The translations under genes and the position numbers were made by a program. From positions 985-64,984 of the forward strand of contig CACECR010000001.1 of the NCBI GenBank assembly GCA_902558105.1: 64,000 bases of DNA, in the 5' to 3' direction. Shown one piece after another: positions 39,153 through 49,625 of the stretch. The stretch comes from an uncultured Candidatus Marinamargulisbacteria bacterium. Lineage in GTDB: Bacteria > Margulisbacteria > Marinamargulisbacteria > UBA817 > CACECR01. Under the pieces are notes generated by a model. The model saw only the letters and a program-made list of their open reading frames with translations, searched no databases and had not been told where the DNA came from. The stretch's first letter is position 1. Each line of letters begins with the position of its first letter.

Positions 39153-40046
39153 ATGAAAAACCCACAATTACACACCCCAGTTTTACTTGAAGAATCCACA
39201 GAATTACTATTGAATTTAAACCCTAAAAATTTTTTAGATGCGACATTAGGTTTTTCTGGTCATGCTCATTATGTTTTATCAAAATTATCATCAAATGCTT
39301 CTTTTTATGGTATCGATCAGGATCCGGTAGCATTAAACTACTCAATGTCTAAAATCGGGGAGGATCCTAGAGTTACAATTATTGATTCTAATTTTTCTAA
39401 AATTTCAACTATTGCAAAGTCATATAATTGCGAACCATTTGACGCTTGTTTGGTGGATTGTGGAATTTCATCAGTACAGCTTGATTCTTTAGATCGAGGA
39501 TTTTCTTTTCAGACTGAAGGCCCTTTAGATATGCGAATGTCTCCTGACTTTTCATTAAATGCAGCAGATATTTTAAATACTTATTCATTTGATAAATTGA
39601 ATTATATTTTTAATACTTATGGTGAATGCAGATATGTTGATAAGTTTATTGACAATATACTAATCAAACGAGAAAAAAAGCCCTTTGAGACGGTTCCAGA
39701 TTTGATAGCTGTTATTAAAAAAAGCTTTTTCTTTTACAACAAGCGATCTAACTTTATTAAAATGTGTACAAAGGTATTTCAAGCATTGCGTATTGAAGTG
39801 AATTCCGAGCTTGATGTTCTTCAGCAGTTTTTACATGATATTATTCCGTTACTAACAATTGGTGGGAGGTGTTCTGTGATTACGTTTCATTCTTTAGAGG
39901 ATCGATTACTTAAACGTTTTATTAGAGATCACAAAGCTATTATTCAGCCAGTTAATAAACGTGTGATTCAATTGACTTATCATGAAGCTAAGAAAAATAC
40001 TCGAGCACGATCAGCTAAATGTAGAGTCTTTGAACGTGTTAGATAG
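39153..40046 (+). CDS. rsmH: 16S rRNA (cytosine1402-N4)-methyltransferase RsmH/MraW
   Basis: HTPVLLEE, DATLGFSGHA, VDCGISSVQLD and GPLDMRM signatures. Not followed by ftsL/ftsI. Confidence 0.85.
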   Translation: MKNPQLHTPVLLEESTELLLNLNPKNFLDATLGFSGHAHYVLSKLSSNASFYGIDQDPVALNYSMSKIGEDPRVTIIDSNFSKISTIAKSYNCEPFDACLVDCGISSVQLDSLDRGFSFQTEGPLDMRMSPDFSLNAADILNTYSFDKLNYIFNTYGECRYVDKFIDNILIKREKKPFETVPDLIAVIKKSFFFYNKRSNFIKMCTKVFQALRIEVNSELDVLQQFLHDIIPLLTIGGRCSVITFHSLEDRLLKRFIRDHKAIIQPVNKRVIQLTYHEAKKNTRARSAKCRVFERVR

Positions 40047-41208
40047 GTTGAATGAGTTTGGTACCTGGCATTATTCCTTTTATCCAGGGTAATTTAATCA
40101 TTTCGCCACTTTGACACACGGTTAGATTTGAGTCTGTAAGGTTTGAGATAGAGATTGTATTGTAATGAAGTTCTTTGTTTTCAGGTGTTAAAAGGTATAA
40201 GTTATCGGTTACTTCAAATTTATGTATTGCTTCCATCACTAAATAGTTAGGTTTTTCGGTATCTAAGAATTGAGCGACAACTTGTTTGTTTTTTAAAGGT
40301 TGTTTTTTTTCGTCTCTCCAATCTATATCTGTTTTATTGCTAATAAAGAAACCAGCTTTAGATGGCCTTTTTGTTAGTATCTCGAGATTTAATTTGTATT
40401 GAGTTAGGTTAGTTTTATTTAGATCAGTTTTTGCTGTCTTTTGGTAAGTTGTAATACACTGACTGATGATGTCATTATTTAAGCCTCTAAAGTCAATGAT
40501 CCAATCGGTTATGTTGCATTTTTTTAATCGAGAGATTTCTTCAAGTAAACATCGATCAAAGTGTCCAAACATGAAGGTACCATGTTGTCCTTCATAAAAA
40601 TGGTAAAAGCGTCCTTTAAAGTTATGATCTTCAGTTTGATGAAAGGTGAATGCCGCCTTATTGATTCCACTTAATAGTTGGCGATGAGAGTGCTGTATGA
40701 GAATATGCCCATGAACTTGTAGTTGTGTTTCTATGTTTAGTTCATTTTCAAATTGTTGAATATGGTTAAAGGGAAGTTCATTTGTAAATTGAATACATTC
40801 AACTCCTAACTCAACGAGTTGTTTCAAGCTTTCAATATTGTTGGACCCTGTTTCACTAATGTAGCAGGGTGTCGCTTTTGGACAATAATCTTTAATAAGA
40901 GTAAGTATACCTAAATCTTGAAATCGTATGTGATGGCAATTTATGTCATTTAATAACTTAAATAGTGAGATGATATCGTCAATCATATGATTATGTAATA
41001 TCACATCACAATTTAAACTTAGCTTAATGTCGGGGTACTTTGTTTGGCATGTTTTAAAGAGGGAAATCGTATTTTGTAGAGTGGATTCAGGCTTAAGACT
41101 GCGATTTGAGTATGGTGTATTGTCTATAATTAAATGAGTAGCTCCAGCTTTTACATAATCGTGTAATTCTTTTTCGGAACTGATAAAGGTTGTTAGTTTA
41201 GATGTCAT
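40039..41208 (-). CDS. Peptidase U32 family protein (second of a tandem pair)
   Basis: TIM-barrel U32-like region parallel to the upstream paralog. Start overlaps the upstream stop (ATGA). 389 aa. Confidence 0.6.
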   Translation of the reverse strand: MTSKLTTFISSEKELHDYVKAGATHLIIDNTPYSNRSLKPESTLQNTISLFKTCQTKYPDIKLSLNCDVILHNHMIDDIISLFKLLNDINCHHIRFQDLGILTLIKDYCPKATPCYISETGSNNIESLKQLVELGVECIQFTNELPFNHIQQFENELNIETQLQVHGHILIQHSHRQLLSGINKAAFTFHQTEDHNFKGRFYHFYEGQHGTFMFGHFDRCLLEEISRLKKCNITDWIIDFRGLNNDIISQCITTYQKTAKTDLNKTNLTQYKLNLEILTKRPSKAGFFISNKTDIDWRDEKKQPLKNKQVVAQFLDTEKPNYLVMEAIHKFEVTDNLYLLTPENKELHYNTISISNLTDSNLTVCQSGEMIKLPWIKGIMPGTKLIQPI

Positions 41209-42389
41209 GAGTTGAAGAGTGGTTTTTGCAAAATACTATATAACTCTAGCGGAGTGTTTGATTTAAATTTAACGATGGAATTTTGTCTGACACGTTCAAG
41301 TTTTTGGTTACTTAATGTAAATAATTCTGTGTTAAGGGGAATGTTTTGTAATTGATTTGGCATTAATACTTCTAAATTTTCTGAACTATGGAACGTGCCT
41401 TTTATTTCGGCGTAATAAAAATTCTGGTCATCTTTATGTTTAATGGTTCCTAAATAAATAGACCCTTTTGAGTATCCGTTCCATTTACTTGATACGGATT
41501 CTTTTGCGTCTGCTTTTTTGTGAAGACTTCCATCTGTAAAGCCTCTATTAGATATTGTTTTTAGTTTGGTTTCATAGGTATCAATTTGATTGTCGGTTAG
41601 TACATTTGTATCTATTGCATCTCTGTAAATGGATACTGTATTTGCTAGATATAGGTTGGATTTCATTCGGCCTTCAATTTTCAGTGAATGGAGTCCTGCT
41701 TTTTTAATTTCAGGAATGAGAGAGACTCCCATTAGATCTTTAGCGTTCATTAAATATACGGGGTCTTCGTTTGGTTCATTGTTGAATTCAAATGGATGTC
41801 TACAGGTTTGAATACAACCGCCTCTATTTGAATCTCGACCGGAGCTATAGTTAGAAATCGTACATTTTCCTGAGTAACTAACACACATGGCGCCATGAAC
41901 AAAAGTTTCAACTTCAATATCAGCTTTTTCTTGAATTTCTTTACATTCAGTAATATCACATTCTCTGGCAACTACAACACGTTTAGCTCCAACTTTCTTC
42001 CATTCTTCTGCGGCTTTCCAATTACTAATACTCGCTTGTGTAGATGTGTGTAATGGACGTGTCGAATATTTTTTGGCCATTCGCATGGTTCCTAAATCTG
42101 AAATAATGAGTGCATGAACTTTGGCGCTTTCTAATTTTTCTAAAAAGTAGGGTAGTTTTTCTAAATCATCTTGAAAGGTGTACCCATTTAATACGACGTA
42201 TACCTTTTTGTTTAAAGTATTTGCAAGTTCAACAGCTTCATGTAATTGTAAAAATGTAAGGTTTTGAGCCGACTTTCTGAGTCCAAATTCTTCAACACCT
42301 AGATAGACAGCATCTGCTCCATAAGTAAATGCGATTTTTACTTTTTCAAAATTTCCACCTGGTGCTACTAACTCTGGTTTATTAAACAT
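41205..42389 (-). CDS. Peptidase U32 family protein (collagenase/RlhA/UbiU-like)
   Basis: N-terminal ELVAPGGNFEKVKIAFTYGADAVYLG, conserved Cys residues in the central region. 394 aa. Confidence 0.75.
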   Translation of the reverse strand: MFNKPELVAPGGNFEKVKIAFTYGADAVYLGVEEFGLRKSAQNLTFLQLHEAVELANTLNKKVYVVLNGYTFQDDLEKLPYFLEKLESAKVHALIISDLGTMRMAKKYSTRPLHTSTQASISNWKAAEEWKKVGAKRVVVARECDITECKEIQEKADIEVETFVHGAMCVSYSGKCTISNYSSGRDSNRGGCIQTCRHPFEFNNEPNEDPVYLMNAKDLMGVSLIPEIKKAGLHSLKIEGRMKSNLYLANTVSIYRDAIDTNVLTDNQIDTYETKLKTISNRGFTDGSLHKKADAKESVSSKWNGYSKGSIYLGTIKHKDDQNFYYAEIKGTFHSSENLEVLMPNQLQNIPLNTELFTLSNQKLERVRQNSIVKFKSNTPLELYSILQKPLFNS

Positions 42390-42515
42390 AGTTTTTGTTT
42401 CTTGTTTAGTTAATTTACTGTAATCTATAAGTATATCGTGTTTTCTTATTTTTAGATAGCCTATTCATATGCATGAAATTTAAATGTAGGATCGATAATT
42501 ATAGTAGGGACGATT

Positions 42516-43448
42516 ATGTTTATTAAAGAATTTCGATTAAAACTTATTTTTTTCGCATGGATTAGCATAATATCTATGATTTTTGCCAATAATTATACGA
42601 TGATTTCCGAGTTAGGTACATCGGCTGATATGATTTCGATTGCGAATATTGAGGGCTTTTCGAGAGATTCAAGTGGAGTGTTTGAAAATCCTGCCGCTTT
42701 ATATCGAGTTCGAAAAGTTGGGGCCGCTTTTTTTACGTCTGAAATTATGAGTCAGTCTCAGTTTACATTGCTATCATCGGCGTATCGCTCTCAATACGGT
42801 ATCTTTGGCTTAGGGTATATGTCGAATGATATCTCAGGAATTCCCAGAACAGGTGCGCCTGGTGCGGATGGTTTGCCTACTGTATTAGGTACTTTTGCTT
42901 ACAGTAATAAAATAATGAAGTTTGCTTATGGATATTCTGTATCTAGGCGTTTACATTTAGGATCAACTTTAAATTATTATTCAACTGATATTGATACTAT
43001 TTCAGCTTCTACTATGGATTTTGATTTTGGAATGATTTATAAATGGCAAAAGTTTACATTTTCTGGATCCATTAAAAATGTGATGGGTAATAAAGTGAAG
43101 TTTGCTCGATCAGATGATGCGAGTTATAGTGGCGAAGAAACTCTTCCTAGATGGATTGTTCTCGGAGCTCAATATCGTTTGGCTTCATGGCGTTTTTTAG
43201 CTCAGCTTACAAAACGTCCATCGCATACGTTAACAGCTATAGCCTTTAAATATAGTCCTTCTTTTTTAAAGTTTCTGTCACTACAGTTTGGAATTAAAGA
43301 AGTGCCTATTTTGTCTAAGACTCAATCCGTTTCTACTTTTGGAATAAGTTTTAATTTATATGGCTTTAAAATTGTTAATAGTTTTCAAAGGAGCGACCAT
43401 CCTGACTTTGACAATTATACTTATGTATCACTACATATAGATTTATAA
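42516..43448 (+). CDS. Hypothetical outer-membrane beta-barrel protein
   Basis: Signal peptide, alternating amphipathic beta-strand pattern, aromatic-rich. 310 aa. Confidence 0.45.
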   Translation: MFIKEFRLKLIFFAWISIISMIFANNYTMISELGTSADMISIANIEGFSRDSSGVFENPAALYRVRKVGAAFFTSEIMSQSQFTLLSSAYRSQYGIFGLGYMSNDISGIPRTGAPGADGLPTVLGTFAYSNKIMKFAYGYSVSRRLHLGSTLNYYSTDIDTISASTMDFDFGMIYKWQKFTFSGSIKNVMGNKVKFARSDDASYSGEETLPRWIVLGAQYRLASWRFLAQLTKRPSHTLTAIAFKYSPSFLKFLSLQFGIKEVPILSKTQSVSTFGISFNLYGFKIVNSFQRSDHPDFDNYTYVSLHIDL

Positions 43449-44405
43449 TTAATCTTGATTATAATTTGTGTACTTTTCAACTAACCCGTTACATTTTGTA
43501 ATGTAGGTATTGATGTCTTTATAAACACGATTATCATTATGAGTTTGTTTGAAAATTGTAAATAGTTCTTTTGTTGTTACGGCATCTGCTAGTGCCCGGT
43601 GAGCATTATTATGCATGATATTATATTTTTTTGATAATTTTCCTAATGAGCATTGAGATTCTTTGTTCTTACGAGCCCATTCAAGGGTGCATATTACTTT
43701 ATTAAATGGCAATTCAATGCCTTGCCTAATAAGAGCTGTAATTAACCAAGGAATATCAAAGTTAGCATTATGAGCAACAAGTGTGCATCCCTCAATAAAG
43801 TCAGCAAATGCACTAATGGATTTTTTCAGAGTAGGGGCATCATCAAGCATTTGGTTAGAAATTCCAGTAATATTTTGTATTTTGGGACTTATTGGTTCGA
43901 TAGGAGCTACAAATGTTTCAAATGTATGTTCAATGCCATGTTCATCACATTTAAGTGCCCCAATTTCAATAATAGACTCTCGTCCAATCTCAAGACCACT
44001 TGTTTCAAAGTCTAAGAAGACTAATTTTTCTTGGCTTTCTTGAAATAAGTTGTTTTGTCCAGAACAATCTGGATGAAAAATACATTTATGCACTAAATTA
44101 ATGTCTGGACGGTGTGTGGATGGACTCCCGCATCGCTCACATAGATTTTGATGATCAATTTGTAAGAGATTATTTAATATGTATAGAAGCTTTTCCGATT
44201 TAATAGACTTTTTACAGTGTGAGCAATGGTACTGTTGATTACTTTCTTTTAAAGTTCCAGAGTTACATAATGGGCAAATGATTTCTGTTTTAAAGTTGCA
44301 GTCTTCATTTCGGCATTGAACTTGATGCTCTTCTAAGAAGAGTGATTGTCTTGATTGACACTTGGGACATTTAATAGCCAGCGATTGTATTAATTGGGTA
44401 CTCAC
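43449..44405 (-). CDS. Zinc-ribbon-containing DEDDh 3'-5' exonuclease (DnaQ/epsilon-like)
   Basis: C-terminal exonuclease motifs FLDFETSGL (Exo I), HNANFDIPWL (Exo II), HNAHRALADA (Exo III, DEDDh). N-terminal ~130 aa hold at least four CxxC pairs (CPKC, CPLC, CSHC, CERC). Confidence 0.75.
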   Translation of the reverse strand: MSTQLIQSLAIKCPKCQSRQSLFLEEHQVQCRNEDCNFKTEIICPLCNSGTLKESNQQYHCSHCKKSIKSEKLLYILNNLLQIDHQNLCERCGSPSTHRPDINLVHKCIFHPDCSGQNNLFQESQEKLVFLDFETSGLEIGRESIIEIGALKCDEHGIEHTFETFVAPIEPISPKIQNITGISNQMLDDAPTLKKSISAFADFIEGCTLVAHNANFDIPWLITALIRQGIELPFNKVICTLEWARKNKESQCSLGKLSKKYNIMHNNAHRALADAVTTKELFTIFKQTHNDNRVYKDINTYITKCNGLVEKYTNYNQD

Positions 44406-44950
44406 TTTACTGACTTTTGAAGTTCGTAATCAAGAAATACACGACTTCCAACAGCCTCTTTTTGTCCTTGATATTTACCTTTATATGGTTTTTCAGCCTC
44501 TTGGTCCATTTTACAAAAAACGAGTTGGCATATTCGTCGCCCCGCATCCAATTCAATTGGTAGTGCATTTGCATTAAAAAGTTCAAGTGTTATTTTACCT
44601 TCAAATCCAGCATCAACCCAACCGGCATTTTGAATGAATAATCCCATCCGTCCGATTGAGCTTCGGCCTTCTACAAAGGCAGATAGGTTGTTGGGTAGTT
44701 TTATGTATTCATGAGTGGTCGCGAGTAAGAATGACTTTGGGGGAATAGTAATCACAGGGGTATCAATCGTTCGGTAGGTGATTTTTTCATCTAATCGAAG
44801 TGAACTAAATTGTGTGGAATCTACTTCTAAGAAATGACTTCCAAGTGTTAAATCAACCGATCCTGGTTGGATATGTTCAGGTTCAAGGGGTGATATTTTA
44901 ATATCTTTTGTTTCGATTAATTGTTTAATTGTTGTGTCTGATAAAATCAT
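44402..44950 (-). CDS. dcd: dCTP deaminase
   Basis: dUTPase-like fold with the Dcd N-terminus MILSDTTIKQLIE and GSVDLTLG. 182 aa. Confidence 0.8.
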   Translation of the reverse strand: MILSDTTIKQLIETKDIKISPLEPEHIQPGSVDLTLGSHFLEVDSTQFSSLRLDEKITYRTIDTPVITIPPKSFLLATTHEYIKLPNNLSAFVEGRSSIGRMGLFIQNAGWVDAGFEGKITLELFNANALPIELDAGRRICQLVFCKMDQEAEKPYKGKYQGQKEAVGSRVFLDYELQKSVK

Positions 44951-45002
44951 GAAATTAGTTTATACTTTTTTAAAGGGTTTATCAAATTTAAATATTTTGT
45001 TG

Positions 45003-45542
45003 TTACTCATCGTCATCAAATAGTTTGATGTATTCTTTGTCTGTAATTATTTTTCTAGGGTCACTCATACGGTCAAGAAAAACGATGCCATCAAGATGAT
45101 CGTTTTCATGTAAAAATATTCTGGCAACAAAGTCGAAATATTGTTCAATTTTATGTTCTCCTAAACGGTTCAAATAACTGACTTCTATTCCAGTTACTCT
45201 AGGAACTTTTCCTCTTATTCCAGGGATGCTTAAGCATCCTTCCCAATCACTATCAGTTTTGTTTGTTAGGGGTTTTATTTGAGGATTAATTACAACAAGA
45301 GTTTCATCGACATGGCAATGTGGATATCTTTGTTTACCTTCAGGTGAGATAATAAACAGTCTTAGGGATTCACCCACTTGAGGTGCGGCTAATCCAACAC
45401 CTCGTTCATGTTTTACAGTAACTAACATTTTGTCAATTAATCGCTGAACTTCGTCATCAAAAATATTGGCAACAGGTTTAGCTTTTTGACGAAGAATAGG
45501 ACTTCCCAGTTCAGTTAGTTCAAGTAAATTTTCTTTAGACAT
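45003..45542 (-). CDS. def: Peptide deformylase
   Basis: GVGLAAPQVG, EGCLSIPG and HENDHLDG motifs. Confidence 0.9.
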   Translation of the reverse strand: MSKENLLELTELGSPILRQKAKPVANIFDDEVQRLIDKMLVTVKHERGVGLAAPQVGESLRLFIISPEGKQRYPHCHVDETLVVINPQIKPLTNKTDSDWEGCLSIPGIRGKVPRVTGIEVSYLNRLGEHKIEQYFDFVARIFLHENDHLDGIVFLDRMSDPRKIITDKEYIKLFDDDE

Positions 45543-45574
45543 GGTGAGTAGTATACCACGTTTTAGTTAGATTG

Positions 45575-46726
45575 TTAGTTTGATAATAAGTTTAGACAAT
45601 ACTTGCTTAATGACTTTAACGTTTGATCTGGTTTTATAGACGTATTAAACTCTTGAATTTTGTTTTTTAACTGTTGGTAGTTTTTTTGTGATTGTAAGTA
45701 ACTTAACGCACTGTTAGCAATTTTTTGTTCGTTAAAATTTTCTAAATAGAACTCTGGAATGATGAAAGATTTTGAAATGATATTAGGTAACGAAAAATAA
45801 GTGTATTTTTTTTCGAATTTTTTTCTTAATAGTTTATTTACAATCCATGTTGTTAAAGGGGATAACGTGTAGGCTGATAAACAAGGTGTTTCAAAAAATG
45901 TGTGCTCTAAAATGTTAGTACCTGATTTACAGATAGAAAAATCCATTTGTGGAATAATATGGTAACTGTTTTCAGTATATAATTCACAATTAAGCTTATA
46001 CTTGTGAATGAGTTTTTTTAATCTTGGAATATCACTTTTCGATGTAACGCAGCAATAAAACTGACAATTATTTAATTTATTTTGAATGAGCTTTGCCGCT
46101 TTAAATAGGGTCGGCGCAATAAGTTTTATTTCTTGTTTTCGACTTCCTGGAAATATGCCAATGTAGTGTATTCCTTTTCGTTTGTTTATGGCAACAGGGA
46201 GCTCTTTTTGGAAATTAGTAATAAGTTCTTTAAGTGGGTGTCCGATATAAATGCTATTGGCTCCACAGTCTAAATAAAACTCATGCTCTTCTTCAAAAAT
46301 ACTAAATAATGTATCTACAATTTTTCCAATTTTAATCCCGTTTTCTTTTTTTCCCCATTGCCATTCTTGTGGAGCAATAAAATATGCTGTTTGTAAATTG
46401 ATTTTTTTTGCATATTTAAGTACTTGAACGTTAAAACCTTGATTATCAATGGCTAAGACTAGATCCGGTTTAGTTTTTTTTAGATATTTTTTTATGGTTC
46501 TGAATGCACGAACTTGATTGATTAATTGTGGAATTACCTCAGTATATCCAATACTACTAAGTTTACTTAGGTCGATAATACTGTTAGCACCAATTTTTTT
46601 TAATTTTGAAGAACCTGTACAGTCGATTTGTAGATCTGGATTCTCTTTTTTTAATTGTTTGATTAACTCAGATGCGTATAATTCCCCAGATACTTCACCT
46701 GTTAATATGAACATGCGTTTTGGCAT
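45575..46726 (-). CDS. lpxB: Lipid-A-disaccharide synthase
   Basis: N-terminal ILTGEVSGELYASEL and GT-B fold. 383 aa. Confidence 0.85.
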   Translation of the reverse strand: MPKRMFILTGEVSGELYASELIKQLKKENPDLQIDCTGSSKLKKIGANSIIDLSKLSSIGYTEVIPQLINQVRAFRTIKKYLKKTKPDLVLAIDNQGFNVQVLKYAKKINLQTAYFIAPQEWQWGKKENGIKIGKIVDTLFSIFEEEHEFYLDCGANSIYIGHPLKELITNFQKELPVAINKRKGIHYIGIFPGSRKQEIKLIAPTLFKAAKLIQNKLNNCQFYCCVTSKSDIPRLKKLIHKYKLNCELYTENSYHIIPQMDFSICKSGTNILEHTFFETPCLSAYTLSPLTTWIVNKLLRKKFEKKYTYFSLPNIISKSFIIPEFYLENFNEQKIANSALSYLQSQKNYQQLKNKIQEFNTSIKPDQTLKSLSKYCLNLLSN

Positions 46727-47493
46727 TAGAAAATAGTTCGACCTGTAAAAATGTTAAATTGAGTTCCACTTAAATCATAGTGTGAATTTGCGATATTTTT
46801 TTGTGTTAACGAATCATGACTCTCAACTTTTCCATTTGTGTAATTTACATTTAAACCAAACTCCCATACAGGATTCAACATATAACTTGCTGAAATACCC
46901 AATTGGTAAATATACGAGTTTCCTTCAAACTCTTGGTAAATTTCGGGTGTGTTTTCTGCATTCTCTTCTGAGTTGATGTGATGAATACTGTGAAATGTAT
47001 TCGCTATTCCTAACCCTGCTTGAGTTGTGATTTTCATGTTTTTTTCTTTATATATAACGTATGAACCGTAAAATAATATTTGGCTTAGTTTAGAGTAATG
47101 ACGTTGTAATCTTCCAGTTGTTTCGTTGTAATTTGAATTACTATTTTTGTCAGCATTAAAAAAACTTAGTCCTAAACGGATTTTCTCGTTGTATTTAAAT
47201 GATATAAATTTACTAGTTCCCCAATATGTGTCAGGAGGGGTCATACTATTATCAATTAAATGTTGAATATTAGTTTCTTGGGTACTATATATAGTTCGTG
47301 ATATGCCAAATCCCAAATTTTTGATTAAACCTTCGGGAAATGGATAAAGTGATTTTGCTATTGGTGTTTTGATAAACTTTTCAGCGTTTTCTGGTGATAA
47401 TTGATCAACTTTATCATTAAGATTGGCCCCATATGTAGTATGGAAATAAAAAATGACACAAATAATATATAATATTTTCTTCATGCGATACAT
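46726..47493 (-). CDS. Hypothetical outer-membrane protein
   Basis: Signal peptide and C-terminal ...GRTIF ending in Phe, the OMP beta-barrel signature. Confidence 0.5.
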   Translation of the reverse strand: MYRMKKILYIICVIFYFHTTYGANLNDKVDQLSPENAEKFIKTPIAKSLYPFPEGLIKNLGFGISRTIYSTQETNIQHLIDNSMTPPDTYWGTSKFISFKYNEKIRLGLSFFNADKNSNSNYNETTGRLQRHYSKLSQILFYGSYVIYKEKNMKITTQAGLGIANTFHSIHHINSEENAENTPEIYQEFEGNSYIYQLGISASYMLNPVWEFGLNVNYTNGKVESHDSLTQKNIANSHYDLSGTQFNIFTGRTIF

Positions 47494-47565
47494 CTTTGAA
47501 TTTGTTATAGTGTATTATTAAGTGTATCAATTCTCTATTTTTTCCGTCAATGTAAAGGAGTTAAG

Positions 47566-48087
47566 ATGCTAGCTTTTTTAAAAAGTTTACATATTATTGG
47601 ATTTGTTTCTTGGTTTGCAGGTTTATTTTATTTGGGCCGATTATTTATTTACTTAATAGAGGCACAGTCTAAGCCAGCGGCTGAGCGAAATATTTTGTCA
47701 ACTCAGTTTAATATCATGACTAGAAGGGTACAGTTTGCGATCATTTTTCCTGCATTAGTTATTACAATAATTGCGGGGGTTGGATTAACTGTAGTTACAC
47801 ATTCATATAATATGCCTTGGTTTCATTTGAAAACACTATTGTTGATTTTTCTTGTAGTCTACACGCTTAAAAGTAATACAATTAGATTAGCGTTTTTAAA
47901 TCAGAACTTTGGTAAATGGACTAGTTTGTCTTTACGATATTGGAATGAATTACCAACGTTATTGTTAGTCTGGATTGTCTTTTTGGCAGGTTTTAAACGT
48001 TTGTTTTTTTCAATACCTGTTATTTCTGGTTTAGTTGCTTTTTCAGTACTAATTATGTGGTCAGTGTTTCGTTTAAATAAACGTTAA
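47566..48087 (+). CDS. hemJ: HemJ-like (UPF0093/CopD-like) membrane protein, putative protoporphyrinogen oxidase
   Basis: N-terminal LKSLHIIGFVSWFAGLFYLGRLF matches the HemJ family signature. 173 aa, 4-5 TM. Confidence 0.6.
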   Translation: MLAFLKSLHIIGFVSWFAGLFYLGRLFIYLIEAQSKPAAERNILSTQFNIMTRRVQFAIIFPALVITIIAGVGLTVVTHSYNMPWFHLKTLLLIFLVVYTLKSNTIRLAFLNQNFGKWTSLSLRYWNELPTLLLVWIVFLAGFKRLFFSIPVISGLVAFSVLIMWSVFRLNKR

Positions 48088-49616
48088 TGTTTGAAGTGTC
48101 TAATACCCGTTGTTAACATACAGATATTATGTTCATTACAAGCCTCAATTGACTCATCATCTCTTTTAGATCCACCCGGTTGAATTACAGCCGATATACC
48201 AGCAGAAGCGGCTAACTCTATTGAATCTTTAAAAGGGAAAAAAGCATCTGATGCCAGTACCGCACCGTTGGCTAGGTCGCCAGCTTTTTTTAAAGCTATT
48301 TCAACGGCTTCAACGCGACTCATTTGGCCAGCTCCGACACCAATACTTTGACCATTTTTTACAATAACAATTGCATTGGATTTGACATGTTTACATATTT
48401 TGAATGCTGTTTTTAAATCATGAAGTTGATCGGGTGTTGCGTTTGTTTCAGTAACCGTTTGTAATTCTTCTTCATTAATTAAATCAACATTTGTATCTTG
48501 TTTTAATACTCCACCTTGCACATGTTTATAAGAAGGTTCGAGTTGTTTGAAAAATGTGTCCAGTTCAATTAATCGTATGGACGCTTTTTGCGTAAGTATA
48601 TTTAACGCTTCTTTTGAAAATTTAGGTGCAATGATAGCTTCAACGAATAATTTACTGATTTCTTCAGCTGCATTTTTATCCACTTCTTGATTGATTCCAA
48701 TAATACTCCCAAATGCGGATACTGGATCGGATTCTAAAGCTTTTAGATAGGCATCTTTAACACTTTTGCCAACCGCTGTTCCACATGGATTTGTATGTTT
48801 AATAATGCTTACTGCAGCTTCTGTTTGACCAAATTCTCTCGCAATTAACCACGCAGCTTCAAGATCGACAATGTTGTTGTAGGATAATTCTTTTCCATGG
48901 AGCTGTTTAAGGTTATTTAATCCATTACTTTTTTTGAATGTATAAAAATTTGCCGATTGATGTGGGTTTTCTCCGTATCGAAGAGTAGATCCATTATTAA
49001 GTGAAAGATGTAGTTCTTTTTGATTGAGTTCACTGTTGTATTGTTCAGCCAAATAGTGGCTAATCATTCGATCATATTGTGCCGTATGATTATAGGCTTC
49101 TACTGCAAGTAATTGTTTTGTTTTGTTAGATACTTGGCCGTTATTTTCTTTTAGCTCATTGTCTACTAATGCGTAATGGCTTGGGTTAACTATAACGGTT
49201 ACGGATTGGTGATTTTTAGCACCGGATCGGATCATTGATGGTCCACCAATATCGATGTTTTCAATGGCATTTTCTAAAGTACAATCTTCTTTTTGGATGG
49301 TTGCTTCAAATGGATATAAATTTACAACGACCATATCAATAGGGGTTATATCGTGTTCCTGACAAGCTCTCATGTGCTCATTATTATCTCTAAGCGCTAA
49401 TAATCCACCGTGCACTTTTGGATGTAATGTTTTAACTCGACCATTCATCATTTCTGGAAATCCAGTAACTTGGTCAATAGCCGTCACAGGTATATTAGAT
49501 TTTTCAAGTAATTTGTAAGTACCTCCAGTGGAAATAATATCATAACCTTGTTCAATTAATGTTTTAGCAAACTCAACAATTCCCGTTTTATCAGATACGC
49601 TAATTAATGCTCTCAT
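48084..49616 (-). CDS. purH: Bifunctional AICAR transformylase/IMP cyclohydrolase
   Basis: MRALISVSDKTG MGS-domain start. 510 aa. Confidence 0.9.
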   Translation of the reverse strand: MRALISVSDKTGIVEFAKTLIEQGYDIISTGGTYKLLEKSNIPVTAIDQVTGFPEMMNGRVKTLHPKVHGGLLALRDNNEHMRACQEHDITPIDMVVVNLYPFEATIQKEDCTLENAIENIDIGGPSMIRSGAKNHQSVTVIVNPSHYALVDNELKENNGQVSNKTKQLLAVEAYNHTAQYDRMISHYLAEQYNSELNQKELHLSLNNGSTLRYGENPHQSANFYTFKKSNGLNNLKQLHGKELSYNNIVDLEAAWLIAREFGQTEAAVSIIKHTNPCGTAVGKSVKDAYLKALESDPVSAFGSIIGINQEVDKNAAEEISKLFVEAIIAPKFSKEALNILTQKASIRLIELDTFFKQLEPSYKHVQGGVLKQDTNVDLINEEELQTVTETNATPDQLHDLKTAFKICKHVKSNAIVIVKNGQSIGVGAGQMSRVEAVEIALKKAGDLANGAVLASDAFFPFKDSIELAASAGISAVIQPGGSKRDDESIEACNEHNICMLTTGIRHFKH

Positions 49617-49625
49617 GTTAACTCC

